In this document: piece by piece, positions 27,334-35,315 of the stretch
Layout: every line of letters starts with the position of its first letter
How positions within the stretch are numbered: position 1 is the stretch's first letter
Origin: a virus
Lineage: Duplodnaviria; Caudoviricetes
DNA length: 54,800 bases
Strand: one strand, 5' to 3'
Virus record (IMG/VR): IMGVR_UViG_3300043410_001533
Location: 1-54,800 of that record
Notes under the pieces: model-generated
What the model was told of the DNA's origin: nothing
Database searches by the model: none
The model's input: the letters and a program-made list of their open reading frames with translations, nothing else
Made by a program: the position numbers and the translations under genes

Positions 27334-27893
27334 AACCATCCCCCTGTAATTCCTATATCGTTGCACACGCGACGCACCGACTCGCGGGGCGAGAGCTTGG
27401 GATGCAAACGCTCGGCCTCAGTCACCATGTCGGACAGAATCGCCCGGAGGCCGTCCAACACTTGCTTAGCGTGCGCTCCGACTCCGTTGTCCTGCAGGAA
27501 AAAGATCGCCTCGATCTGGTCCGCAAGCTTCACGATCGTCTCTACTTCTGTGCCGCGCACTTGTCGGTAAGCCGACATGGTCTCGGCGTCCACTCGGTCC
27601 TCAGCCTTTTCCACGATACCCTTACCCCCTACGGCTTCTAGGTCTCGCTTGAAAGGCGTTGGCATATCTCCGGTGCGCACCTCGATGATGTCGTGCGCGA
27701 GTGCCCACTGCAGGAGCTTCAATTTGCCCGATTCCTGCAACAGGCCATTCCAGCGCATTGCGGCCGCAAGGGATCCCGCGATCACCGCTACTGCGAAAGA
27801 GTGCTCGGCCAGCGTCTGCTCGCGTGACGTCTGCACGATGTGCCAGCGACGAACGTGGCAAGCGCGAAGCTGTTCGTATACTGTTAAACTCAT
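27330..27893 (-). CDS. datZ: HD-domain dATP triphosphohydrolase
   Basis: VRRWHIV..QTLAEHS, ALAHDIIEVRTGDMPTPFK, IVKLAD.IEA; YfbR-like HD fold next to purZ. Confidence 0.85.
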   Translation of the reverse strand: MSLTVYEQLRACHVRRWHIVQTSREQTLAEHSFAVAVIAGSLAAAMRWNGLLQESGKLKLLQWALAHDIIEVRTGDMPTPFKRDLEAVGGKGIVEKAEDRVDAETMSAYRQVRGTEVETIVKLADQIEAIFFLQDNGVGAHAKQVLDGLRAILSDMVTEAERLHPKLSPRESVRRVCNDIGITGGWL

Positions 27894-27982
27894 AAGGGTG
27901 CGTCCTCGTAATTCTCTATGTTAAATGGTAGCCGGTAGAGCGGCTGGTGTTCAGGCAGTTTAGACGGGAATGGCCACGTCAC
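27890..27982 (-). CDS. Small protein (30 aa)
   Basis: GTGA-coupled start, MTWPFPSKLPEHQPLYRLPFNIENYEDAPL; ATGA-coupled to datZ. Confidence 0.45.
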   Translation of the reverse strand: MTWPFPSKLPEHQPLYRLPFNIENYEDAPL

Positions 27983-28194
27983 GACTTGACGGCTTGCAGT
28001 CTGCGAATCTGGTCCGCTATCTGGTCGCCAGTCAGCTCGTCGAAGAGCTGGAATTCGTACTGCCGGGCCACGTGTTCGAGTGCTCCGTTCCATATCTTTT
28101 TCACTGCCTCCCTATTTTCATTATCTTCGGACCCGAGCACGTTACCAAACGTCTGCTCGTACCACTGATCGAATGCTTCATTTCTCTTCGACAT
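27979..28194 (-). CDS. Hypothetical protein
   Basis: 71 aa, AAGGA SD, overlaps the mazZ end. Confidence 0.6.
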   Translation of the reverse strand: MSKRNEAFDQWYEQTFGNVLGSEDNENREAVKKIWNGALEHVARQYEFQLFDELTGDQIADQIRRLQAVKS

Positions 28195-28681
28195 GGCGCA
28201 TTATCCTTGTGTTAACGTCCACTTCCCACTGACGTTGCTCATTGATATCCATCTTGTCTTCTACCGCCTTATGTACGTCTATGCCGTTTTTGTGCGCGAC
28301 GTCCAGCAGTAGAATCATGATATCACCCATTTCGAGAGCGGCTTTTGGGTTACGAGCGTACTCGCCCACCTCCTCGTAGAGCTTGAGTAGGATGTCCGCA
28401 GTGGTACGCGCCGGAAAACGCGAGTCTGCCCACTTGGTAATTCTATCCTGAAGCTGTCGGATGTCGGCCCCGCCGCGCTTTTTGTACGCGTTGACGGCGC
28501 GGACCGCAAGGTCGGCATTTTTATCGCAGTTCCCCATAACCCCACGCAAGTGGTGACGGACTTCGAAAGACGCGACGGTTGCGCCTTGCGCATCGACAAT
28601 TTCGGCCGCCCGCTCGGGGTGGACTGCCCATGGAAGTTCATTCGCTTCATCCGTGTGTACTGTTGATTCTACCTGTAGCAT
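28178..28681 (-). CDS. mazZ: MazG/DUF550-like (d)NTP pyrophosphohydrolase with extra N-terminal domain
   Basis: WADSRFP.RT..ILLKLYEEVGEY...EMGDIMILLLD...KMDINEQRQW; start MLQVES after GGAGAG; adjacent to purZ. Confidence 0.8.
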   Translation of the reverse strand: MLQVESTVHTDEANELPWAVHPERAAEIVDAQGATVASFEVRHHLRGVMGNCDKNADLAVRAVNAYKKRGGADIRQLQDRITKWADSRFPARTTADILLKLYEEVGEYARNPKAALEMGDIMILLLDVAHKNGIDVHKAVEDKMDINEQRQWEVDVNTRIMRHVEEK

Positions 28682-29774
28682 ATACTCTCCAAAGTTCAAG
28701 AATTCGCGCCAGCCGAGCATCTGAGCTGTACTGAGGCATTGAGTAAACATCTTTATATTCCGGTCCAAGTCCGATCCAACGCACGAATGTGTTCGGCGTA
28801 CGCTCGATTGACTCCACGATATCCCGTACCTCGTCCTCGGACCTGCAGTAATTGACGAAGTTCAGGAAGATCTCACGGGCACCATTATACTCGATCGCTT
28901 CGCCGATCTGCTTGCGGCTGAACGTAAAAATACGGCGCGGGAGCTTGGTCACAGTGGTCAGCTCGGTCTTTTGCCCGATCTCCTCGAACGTGATCTCCAG
29001 CTGGTCGTCGTAGCACGGACCGGAGTACCCGACTTGCGTCCCGTGTGTGTCGAACCGGTTGGCCACGCGGATCGGGTAAGTGCGGCAAGTGCCGACGACG
29101 GTGATGTCGGGGAGGTCCATGACTTGTGGTAGCAGATCGTGCGGAATGCCGCAATCGGCGAGGATTTGCCACAGGCTCACATCACGCGAAGTGGTGTAGG
29201 GGTAGAAGCCGTGGTACATCGACAGCCCGTACCCTTGTGCACCTTCTACCAGCACGTGCTCGGCTTCACGCAGTGCGGTGCGATACGCAGACACTGTGAC
29301 TACGTATTTCGCCAGCTCCGCACAATTGGCGGCTATATTCAGATCGTCCGGATCGCGCCGAATTCGCTGAATCATCGCGGCACCCACGCCCTTTTTAGTC
29401 GAACCGATCTTGGTCATTGGCCCGGCTTCCTCTTCGATGTGACGATCGGTCACTACGGCGGCGTGCGGGTGGATCGCGATTCGCACATTCTTGAGCAAGT
29501 CCGCGCACGCGGCGATCTCTTCGAGCAGTTGCTGGGGGTTTATGAGTGAGCCGGGGCCAAGTAGCACCTGCTTGAGCATGGGCGACACGATGCTATTCGC
29601 AAGGTGCGTATGGATGAACTTGCGTCCAGTCTTGCTGATGTACGTGTGCCCCGCATTGGGTGCCCACGCGGTGATTACCGTATCCGGTGCTTCGTCCTCC
29701 GCGATCTTGCCTACGATCAGCCCCTTGCCGGTGCTTCCATATTGCAAATCGACTACGACTTTAATCTTGTCCAT
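28647..29774 (-). CDS. purZ: N6-succino-2-amino-2'-deoxyadenylate synthase (PurA paralog for Z base)
   Basis: DLQYGSTGKG (Ser where PurA has Asp in GDEGKG), PNAGHT, IGSTKKG, EGAQG, YPYTTSRD, PIRV, ELTTVTK..RR, FLNFVNY (NF.N instead of PurA TKLD); start MDKIK with GAGG SD. Confidence 0.95.
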   Translation of the reverse strand: MDKIKVVVDLQYGSTGKGLIVGKIAEDEAPDTVITAWAPNAGHTYISKTGRKFIHTHLANSIVSPMLKQVLLGPGSLINPQQLLEEIAACADLLKNVRIAIHPHAAVVTDRHIEEEAGPMTKIGSTKKGVGAAMIQRIRRDPDDLNIAANCAELAKYVVTVSAYRTALREAEHVLVEGAQGYGLSMYHGFYPYTTSRDVSLWQILADCGIPHDLLPQVMDLPDITVVGTCRTYPIRVANRFDTHGTQVGYSGPCYDDQLEITFEEIGQKTELTTVTKLPRRIFTFSRKQIGEAIEYNGAREIFLNFVNYCRSEDEVRDIVESIERTPNTFVRWIGLGPEYKDVYSMPQYSSDARLARILELWRVYATGRINSTHG

Positions 29775-29779
29775 TACCT

Positions 29780-31615
29780 CTATCCTTTCGCTTCGTACCA
29801 GTCTTCGCCTATACCCCAGTCGCACGTGATCGGAACACGCAGATGAATGGGGCATTCTACACCATCAAAGGTCGTGTAGATTCGTGCTACCTCTTTCGCT
29901 TTGTCAAGTGAGTCATTATCGAGCGATATGCCCACCTCGTCGTGCACCGTCAGCAGTAGTCGCCCACAGCCTTCGGCGGTTAAATACTTGTGAAGCTCGA
30001 TGAGCTTTTGCTTCATGCAGTCCGCGCTGGTGGCTTGGTAAATCAGCCCCGACGCCTTGTGCACGAATTGGCCGCCCGGAAAGCGAAGCCTCCGGCCCAT
30101 CACCGAATGCACCGATCCGCGCTCTTTGGCAATGTTACTCGCCTTCTGTGCGGTGTTGCGCATCCCGGGGTTGGCGGTGTGGTACTTCTCGAACAGTGCC
30201 ATCGCCTCAGGTCCAGCCTTAAGGAACACATTGCCGTTGGGTCCCACCTCTTCGGTATATGGCAGTCCACACTCTTGCGCTAGTCGCCCCGACCCCATAT
30301 TGAACGCCAGCCCGAGGTTAATCGCCTTCGAAGACGGGCCACCCGCGTACTGAGCGTTCCGGGGTATGCCGGTGAGATCAGACACCAACTGGTGAAAGTC
30401 CAAATCGGGGTTCGCACGATAGGCCTCAAGAATCGCGGGAACCTGACCGTAATGGTTAGCCACTCGGAATTCAAATTGTGACCAATCCAGCCCCATCCAT
30501 TTAGCACCCACATCAGCCTTGAAAATCGGCCGGATAAGCGATTTGATGGCAACGTCTCTAGATGGTATCTGCTGGAGAGCGGGATTGGTAACTGATAGAC
30601 GTCCAGTGCCAGTGCCCGCCTCAGAGTCGTTTTTAGTCTGATTATAATTGCAGTGAATGATGCCATCGTGTTCATGCCCTAAGATGTGACCCGATAGGAA
30701 TGTATCCCGGGTCTTGAGCATTTTGCGCAAGTCGAGAATCATCTTTGCGGCGGGGTGCTTCATGCGACGTAGGCAGTCGGCGTTGATCGAGGCCTTGCCA
30801 CCGTCGGTCTTGTCCGCTTTTGTGCCATCAATCAGGTACCACTCATTATCGTCCCCGAGTGTCGGCTTGAATAGGTCCGCGATCGATCCGGAAGGGTTCG
30901 GGTTGACCTCGAAACCGGCCAAGCTATTCAGATCCCTCTGCATATTGTCAACGCGCACGGTGAGGTCACGAACGGCCTTCTCAGCCAGCCCTACATCCAC
31001 CCGCACACCCTGCTCTTCCATGTCCATGATGACTGGCATCAAGTCGCGCTCGAGCTTGTGCACTTGGGCGAGATTCTGCGTCCGCATCTGCTCCTCTTGC
31101 CACTGGTACAGTGCCAGCGTCACCACAGCGTCTTGAATCGCGTATTTCGACACGAGACTGATGGGGGCGCGAGAAATGTTCGGCATCTGTGCGTTGCGAG
31201 TCGGGCGACCACCGAAGAGGCGCGACATCTCCTCGTAGATCTCCTCGTCCTTCTTCATCCCGCAGTATTTACGAGCGAGGAAGTCGAGGGCGTACGTGGG
31301 TTCGTGCTCCGAAATCAGAGCGGCACGGGTCATCGTGCAGTCGATTCGGTCCAGTGGTAGTGCGACTCCGGCTTCGCGCAGGAAGTGCAAGTCGAACTTG
31401 AGATTATGGCCAACCCACAGCCCGACGCGCTTCTCTTTGATAAGATCGTTGAGCCATGCGACGATGTAGGGGTCGGACCGGACGTCCCAGTAGCCCGAGT
31501 ACCCCGGGAATGCGATGGAAATGCCGAACAGCTTGTCGGCCCACCACTTCAATCCCGTGGTCTCGGTGTCTATGACCACGACAGGTTCGTAGTCAATGCG
31601 TGGGAGTTCGGTCAT
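29780..31615 (-). CDS. dpoZ: Family A DNA polymerase, DpoZ-like (3'-5' exonuclease plus polymerase, no 5' nuclease)
   Basis: DTETTG, HNLKFD, YAIQD exonuclease motifs; TGRLS..NPALQQIP; DWSQFEFR; motif B KAINLGLAFNMG with Phe in place of the usual Tyr; VHDE; directly upstream of purZ. Confidence 0.88.
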   Translation of the reverse strand: MTELPRIDYEPVVVIDTETTGLKWWADKLFGISIAFPGYSGYWDVRSDPYIVAWLNDLIKEKRVGLWVGHNLKFDLHFLREAGVALPLDRIDCTMTRAALISEHEPTYALDFLARKYCGMKKDEEIYEEMSRLFGGRPTRNAQMPNISRAPISLVSKYAIQDAVVTLALYQWQEEQMRTQNLAQVHKLERDLMPVIMDMEEQGVRVDVGLAEKAVRDLTVRVDNMQRDLNSLAGFEVNPNPSGSIADLFKPTLGDDNEWYLIDGTKADKTDGGKASINADCLRRMKHPAAKMILDLRKMLKTRDTFLSGHILGHEHDGIIHCNYNQTKNDSEAGTGTGRLSVTNPALQQIPSRDVAIKSLIRPIFKADVGAKWMGLDWSQFEFRVANHYGQVPAILEAYRANPDLDFHQLVSDLTGIPRNAQYAGGPSSKAINLGLAFNMGSGRLAQECGLPYTEEVGPNGNVFLKAGPEAMALFEKYHTANPGMRNTAQKASNIAKERGSVHSVMGRRLRFPGGQFVHKASGLIYQATSADCMKQKLIELHKYLTAEGCGRLLLTVHDEVGISLDNDSLDKAKEVARIYTTFDGVECPIHLRVPITCDWGIGEDWYEAKG

Positions 31616-31878
31616 CAGAATGGGATGTCGTCGAATTCAACGCCGGAATCACTCGCTGGTCGGCCAGATGCCGCAGTTCCGCCCTCTTTGCGATTGATCT
31701 TGATGGAGAAGTATTTCTTGCCTTCCATCTTGCCACCGGCCTTGCCTTCATTAACCCACGCGGAAAGCCAGTAGTCCACGCCCTCTACGTTGATCGAGCC
31801 AGTGAATTCCGGATGCTTGTCCGTCTTGCGATTCTCAGCGCGAGCCATAATGCCCGAATTGGTGTTATCGTATGCCAT
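31615..31878 (-). CDS. Small SSB-like protein (DUF736-like)
   Basis: K.DKHPEFTGSINVEG..YWLSAW...KYFSIKI and an acidic DDIPF tail. Confidence 0.75.
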   Translation of the reverse strand: MAYDNTNSGIMARAENRKTDKHPEFTGSINVEGVDYWLSAWVNEGKAGGKMEGKKYFSIKINRKEGGTAASGRPASDSGVEFDDIPF

Positions 31879-31915
31879 CTTGAATGTCCTCTATCTGTTG
31901 GTTACTGAAGTGGCT

Positions 31916-31944
31916 ATTATACCACCCGCGATACTGTCTGTCAA
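31916..31944 (-). promoter_or_regulatory. Sigma70-type promoter driving the SSB-dpoZ-purZ-mazZ-datZ operon
   Basis: TTGACA-N17-TATAAT; ATAGAGGACA leader at 31885-31894. Confidence 0.8.
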
Positions 31945-31947
31945 TTA

Positions 31948-33363
31948 CTACAATTTGTACCCGTTGTACCCCTCCACTATGTCCAGCACACGCTTCGATC
32001 GAGTCATTCCCACGTAGAACACTCGAACCTCGTCGTCCGGTGACTTCTCGGCGGTCTGCTGTACCCGCGTGGTCATGTCGGTCAGAAGAACGACTCGGTC
32101 CGCTTCGTGACCTTTTGCCGCGTGGATCGTAGAAAGGCGGATAGTCGGCTCAGTATCGAGGTCAGCGTCTGCGTAGAAGTCCACGACTCGGCCGGGGATT
32201 TGGAGGGCCACGTAGAATGGGGTGCGACCAAGAGTGGCGAGGTCGCCCGCTTCAAGTAGCCGCCTTGTCTCAGCACTGGAAATCGTGAATATTGCGTTTC
32301 GTTCTCCATCAGTAATCCGCTCACCTCGACCCAGCTTGCGAAATGCTCGTAGTCCGGCGGCGTATCGATTTTGATACAGTCCGGGGCGGCCCGACTCGCG
32401 CGTGTACGGGATGCGGCGTTCAATGAGCGATTGTTCAACTTCGCGGAGGACTGAATGCGTCCGTCCCAATAGTAGTATATCTTCCCCGTGGGTGATCTCC
32501 ACCGAGTTGATCGATCCGTGTACTCGGACCAGTCCCATATCTGCTTTGGGACTAAACTCCTTATCCACGCGGAATGCGACTCGACGGATAAGCTCTTGCG
32601 ATCGTGCGTGGACTGAAGCAGGAAGTCGATGCGAGTACGAGAGCACATGGCTATTACCCTTGTGCTTGTCCGTAAATCTTGCCATACCGTGTACATCCGC
32701 ACCGGCCCACGTATAAATCGCCTGATCGTCGTCCCCTGCGATATGCACTTCGTGAGAACGTCTGACGAGCTTCTCGATAACAGCCCACTGAAGAGGTGAT
32801 AGGTCTTGAGCTTCGTCGACAAATACAACCTCTGCGTCTGCTCGCACTGCGCCCCGGGCGGCACGTTCAAGCATATCGGTGAAATCGTAATATCCGTACG
32901 TAGATTTCCAATCAGCATATGCCCGAACGAACGCATTGAACTCGGCCCGAGTGCCCGGCCGGTCCGAGATGTCGTATACTTCTGCCGGATTGGAAAAGGT
33001 GTTCCGGGCATAATTGAGTAAGTCAAGGTAGAAGTCTCCATCGGCACGCTCCTCATCATCTTCCGGGGATTTACCAATGATCGGTATCCCCATTACGGTT
33101 GAAAATTCGCGAAGCTTCATCGGGTCCACGACTTGCGTCTGCCGCAAGCCCATGTGCCGGAAGGCCATCGCATGAATGGTGGACACATTGTCCGATCGCT
33201 TGAGGCCCAGCCGGGAGAGTGCCTCGGATGCCGCCGCACGGGTGAAAGATACGAAGGCCACACGTTCGGCTTGAACGCCTGAATCCCTAGTCTCTTTCAC
33301 ACGCCGGAGTAGCTCCGTGGTCTTGCCAGTCCCGGGAGGTCCGTAGATGGCGTTAACTTGCAT
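31948..33363 (-). CDS. UvrD/Rep-like SF1 helicase
   Basis: GPPGTGKTT, FTRAAA.EA, VDEAQD, GDDDQAIY, STIHAAKGHEAD, YVGMTRSK; start MQVNAI (TAATG overlap). Confidence 0.9.
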   Translation of the reverse strand: MQVNAIYGPPGTGKTTELLRRVKETRDSGVQAERVAFVSFTRAAASEALSRLGLKRSDNVSTIHAMAFRHMGLRQTQVVDPMKLREFSTVMGIPIIGKSPEDDEERADGDFYLDLLNYARNTFSNPAEVYDISDRPGTRAEFNAFVRAYADWKSTYGYYDFTDMLERAARGAVRADAEVVFVDEAQDLSPLQWAVIEKLVRRSHEVHIAGDDDQAIYTWAGADVHGMARFTDKHKGNSHVLSYSHRLPASVHARSQELIRRVAFRVDKEFSPKADMGLVRVHGSINSVEITHGEDILLLGRTHSVLREVEQSLIERRIPYTRESGRPGLYQNRYAAGLRAFRKLGRGERITDGERNAIFTISSAETRRLLEAGDLATLGRTPFYVALQIPGRVVDFYADADLDTEPTIRLSTIHAAKGHEADRVVLLTDMTTRVQQTAEKSPDDEVRVFYVGMTRSKRVLDIVEGYNGYKL

Positions 33364-33644
33364 TAGCCGCGATGCTTCACTGCACGCACTGCCCACATCT
33401 GGGCCGTGACCGCGTGCGCAATCGCCGTGTTGAACATCTCCTGCACTTCGCCATCGTGATAGGCGTCGCGCAGTGTGCGCAGATAGACGACTGATGTGTC
33501 GAACGCTTGATTCACGTTGCGGATTCGACGCTCCTCGTCGCTTTCGGCTTGAGGAATCGGAGACACAGGCATCGTAGTCTCCATCTCTTTAAATTCGGAG
33601 AGCACATCTTCCGCTGGTGTCTCCACTTGCTTTTTGGTAGCCAT
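33363..33644 (-). CDS. Acb2/Tad1-like helical hairpin protein (possible signalling-molecule sponge)
   Basis: C-terminal AIAHAVTAQMWAVRAV resembles the family pattern AIT..Q.A.MWAVKA. Confidence 0.45.
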   Translation of the reverse strand: MATKKQVETPAEDVLSEFKEMETTMPVSPIPQAESDEERRIRNVNQAFDTSVVYLRTLRDAYHDGEVQEMFNTAIAHAVTAQMWAVRAVKHRG

Positions 33645-33657
33645 AATAGTCCTTTAC

Positions 33658-33677
33658 CGGGGGCCGAAGCCCCCTTG
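33658..33677 (-). other. GC hairpin identical to the 21278-21297 terminator stem
   Basis: CGGGGGCCGAAGCCCCCTTG occurs at both sites; this copy has no U-tract. Confidence 0.6.
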
Positions 33678-33682
33678 GTTGA

Positions 33683-34426
33683 TCAATACTCAGAATCTGC
33701 CACTTCGTGCACTTCGCCGTCGTAGTCATTGGAGACCTTGACGCCGCCGGAACGGATGGTTTCGTACAGCTTCTCAGCACGCTCGTACAGCTCTTTGTTC
33801 ACGAACCCGAGGGCCGCGACATTGAAGTTGAAGTAGCTCTCGTTCCGTGCGTTGGTCTCGGTCGTAGCCGACAGCTTGTAGGCGCGGCTGAACGAATCGG
33901 TGTTGGTGAGTCGCATCAGCGAATTCCAACGCTTGGATACTTTGATCTTGGACTTAGCCATTGAGATCACCGCCTCTTGCCAGTCATCACCGTTGCGGAC
34001 GAGCACGAAGTGCTGTGCCGTGTCGGAGACTTCCAACGCTTCTTCGGCCAGCTCTGCGATTGCACGGTCAGCCAACTCTTTAGTGGCGAATGCACCACGG
34101 AAGCCGTTGCTACCGCCGCCGCCCGCTTTGCGGTCTTTCCACACGAGGTACTGCTTCGTATAGTACACTGGCACTACAGTCACTTCAGTACCGTACAGCG
34201 TACGTGTGACATTGTTGTACAACATGCCTTCTTCCGCGCCATCGATGTAGGCTGGATCGCTTTTCTTGCGCACTGGAGACAATGCTTGGATCAGCTCAAT
34301 ACGGGGGATGATCATATCGTCAGTGCCGACATTCTCCGCGCCCCGGTTACCTTGCTTCAAGAAATCCGGAATCTCGTTAGTTACAAGTTCGAATTCTTCT
34401 TTCACTGCTACTTGATTTTTAGCCAT
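33683..34426 (-). CDS. ssDNA-binding protein (phage type)
   Basis: GAENVGTDDMIIPRIELIQALSP, YLVWKDR..GGG, ISMAKSK.KVSKRWNS, acidic tail; in the replication cluster. Confidence 0.7.
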   Translation of the reverse strand: MAKNQVAVKEEFELVTNEIPDFLKQGNRGAENVGTDDMIIPRIELIQALSPVRKKSDPAYIDGAEEGMLYNNVTRTLYGTEVTVVPVYYTKQYLVWKDRKAGGGGSNGFRGAFATKELADRAIAELAEEALEVSDTAQHFVLVRNGDDWQEAVISMAKSKIKVSKRWNSLMRLTNTDSFSRAYKLSATTETNARNESYFNFNVAALGFVNKELYERAEKLYETIRSGGVKVSNDYDGEVHEVADSEY

Positions 34427-34485
34427 TACTAGCTCCTAGTTACATGCACGCATTGCGTGCGGGTTGTCCGGCATTATTGCCGAAT

Positions 34486-34923
34486 TCAGGTCCGCGTGAT
34501 TGATGCACGCGTAAAGGGCGACACATTCAGAAGCTGGTCCGGCACTTCTTCGCCTTCGCGGAACATCTTCTTCACGGCCGCCTTAAGTGTAGACGGATTA
34601 ATATTCTCCTGCAAGAGGTCGCCGCGCCCGTTGTCGCGAAGCCATGTGAAGAACTCGGACTTCTGGTCCGCTTTCACCGACACGTGCATGTCCGCCGTCA
34701 GTGACACTCGGCCAATGCCGGTCACATTGATGCGGTCCACTCCGTCCTCCTCCATCTTGGCGGGGATCTTGGTGATGCGCAGGAAGTCGAATTCCTTGTT
34801 CACGATCTTGAGCTGGTCTTCCAATGCCTCTTTGCGATTCTGCATCGTGGACATCGCGTGCACTAGGTCCACAAGTGAGACGTTGTCGTACTTGGAGTAC
34901 TCATTTTCCATTTCAGTAGACAT
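34486..34923 (-). CDS. Conserved replication-cluster protein
   Basis: IPAKMEEDGV...FFTWLRDNGRGDL..E.INPSTLKA.VK. Confidence 0.7.
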   Translation of the reverse strand: MSTEMENEYSKYDNVSLVDLVHAMSTMQNRKEALEDQLKIVNKEFDFLRITKIPAKMEEDGVDRINVTGIGRVSLTADMHVSVKADQKSEFFTWLRDNGRGDLLQENINPSTLKAAVKKMFREGEEVPDQLLNVSPFTRASITRT

Positions 34924-35254
34924 TCTTTTCTCCCTTTACTCCGATTCGGATTGCGGTGTATTGCCTGTCGCGGTTGTTCCACTTGAGGATGTTGAAGGTG
35001 TCTCCTTTTTCTCGAGCCATCGCAAATACCAGCCCCGCGACGATAGGACTTCCACTGGGGGCGATGAAGTCAACGGCTGGGTCGTATTTGTCGAATCGGC
35101 TTCGGATGAAGGAGATGAGCTTTTGATTGTGGAGGGAATCCGGGACATTTGACACCTCACTGGTGGACAGGAATACAGGTTCACCGAAGCGTTCCACATC
35201 CTGATAATTGGCTGTCGTGACCTCTTGTGTCACGAATACTACGGGTTTTTGCAT
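34913..35254 (-). CDS. Conserved hypothetical phage protein
   Basis: VFVTQE...ERFGE.VFL...DFIAPSGSP...ILKWNNRDRQY; ATAGAGGA leader. Confidence 0.7.
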   Translation of the reverse strand: MQKPVVFVTQEVTTANYQDVERFGEPVFLSTSEVSNVPDSLHNQKLISFIRSRFDKYDPAVDFIAPSGSPIVAGLVFAMAREKGDTFNILKWNNRDRQYTAIRIGVKGEKNVY

Positions 35255-35286
35255 ACTTCCTCTATGTTCTAATGTCTATATACCCT

Positions 35287-35315
35287 ATTATACACTACGC
35301 GAGCGTGCCTAGCAA
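35287..35315 (-). promoter_or_regulatory. Sigma70-type promoter
   Basis: TTGCTA-N17-TATAAT. Confidence 0.6.

Noticed and set aside
27091-27366. Full NrdR repressor
   Set aside because: Only the zinc ribbon is present; there is no ATP-cone domain
28647-29855. Canonical purA (host-like auxiliary metabolic gene)
   Set aside because: GSTGKG and NFVN replace GDEGKG and TKLD, and the datZ/mazZ/dpoZ context indicates PurZ; the track's upstream start overlaps the polymerase gene
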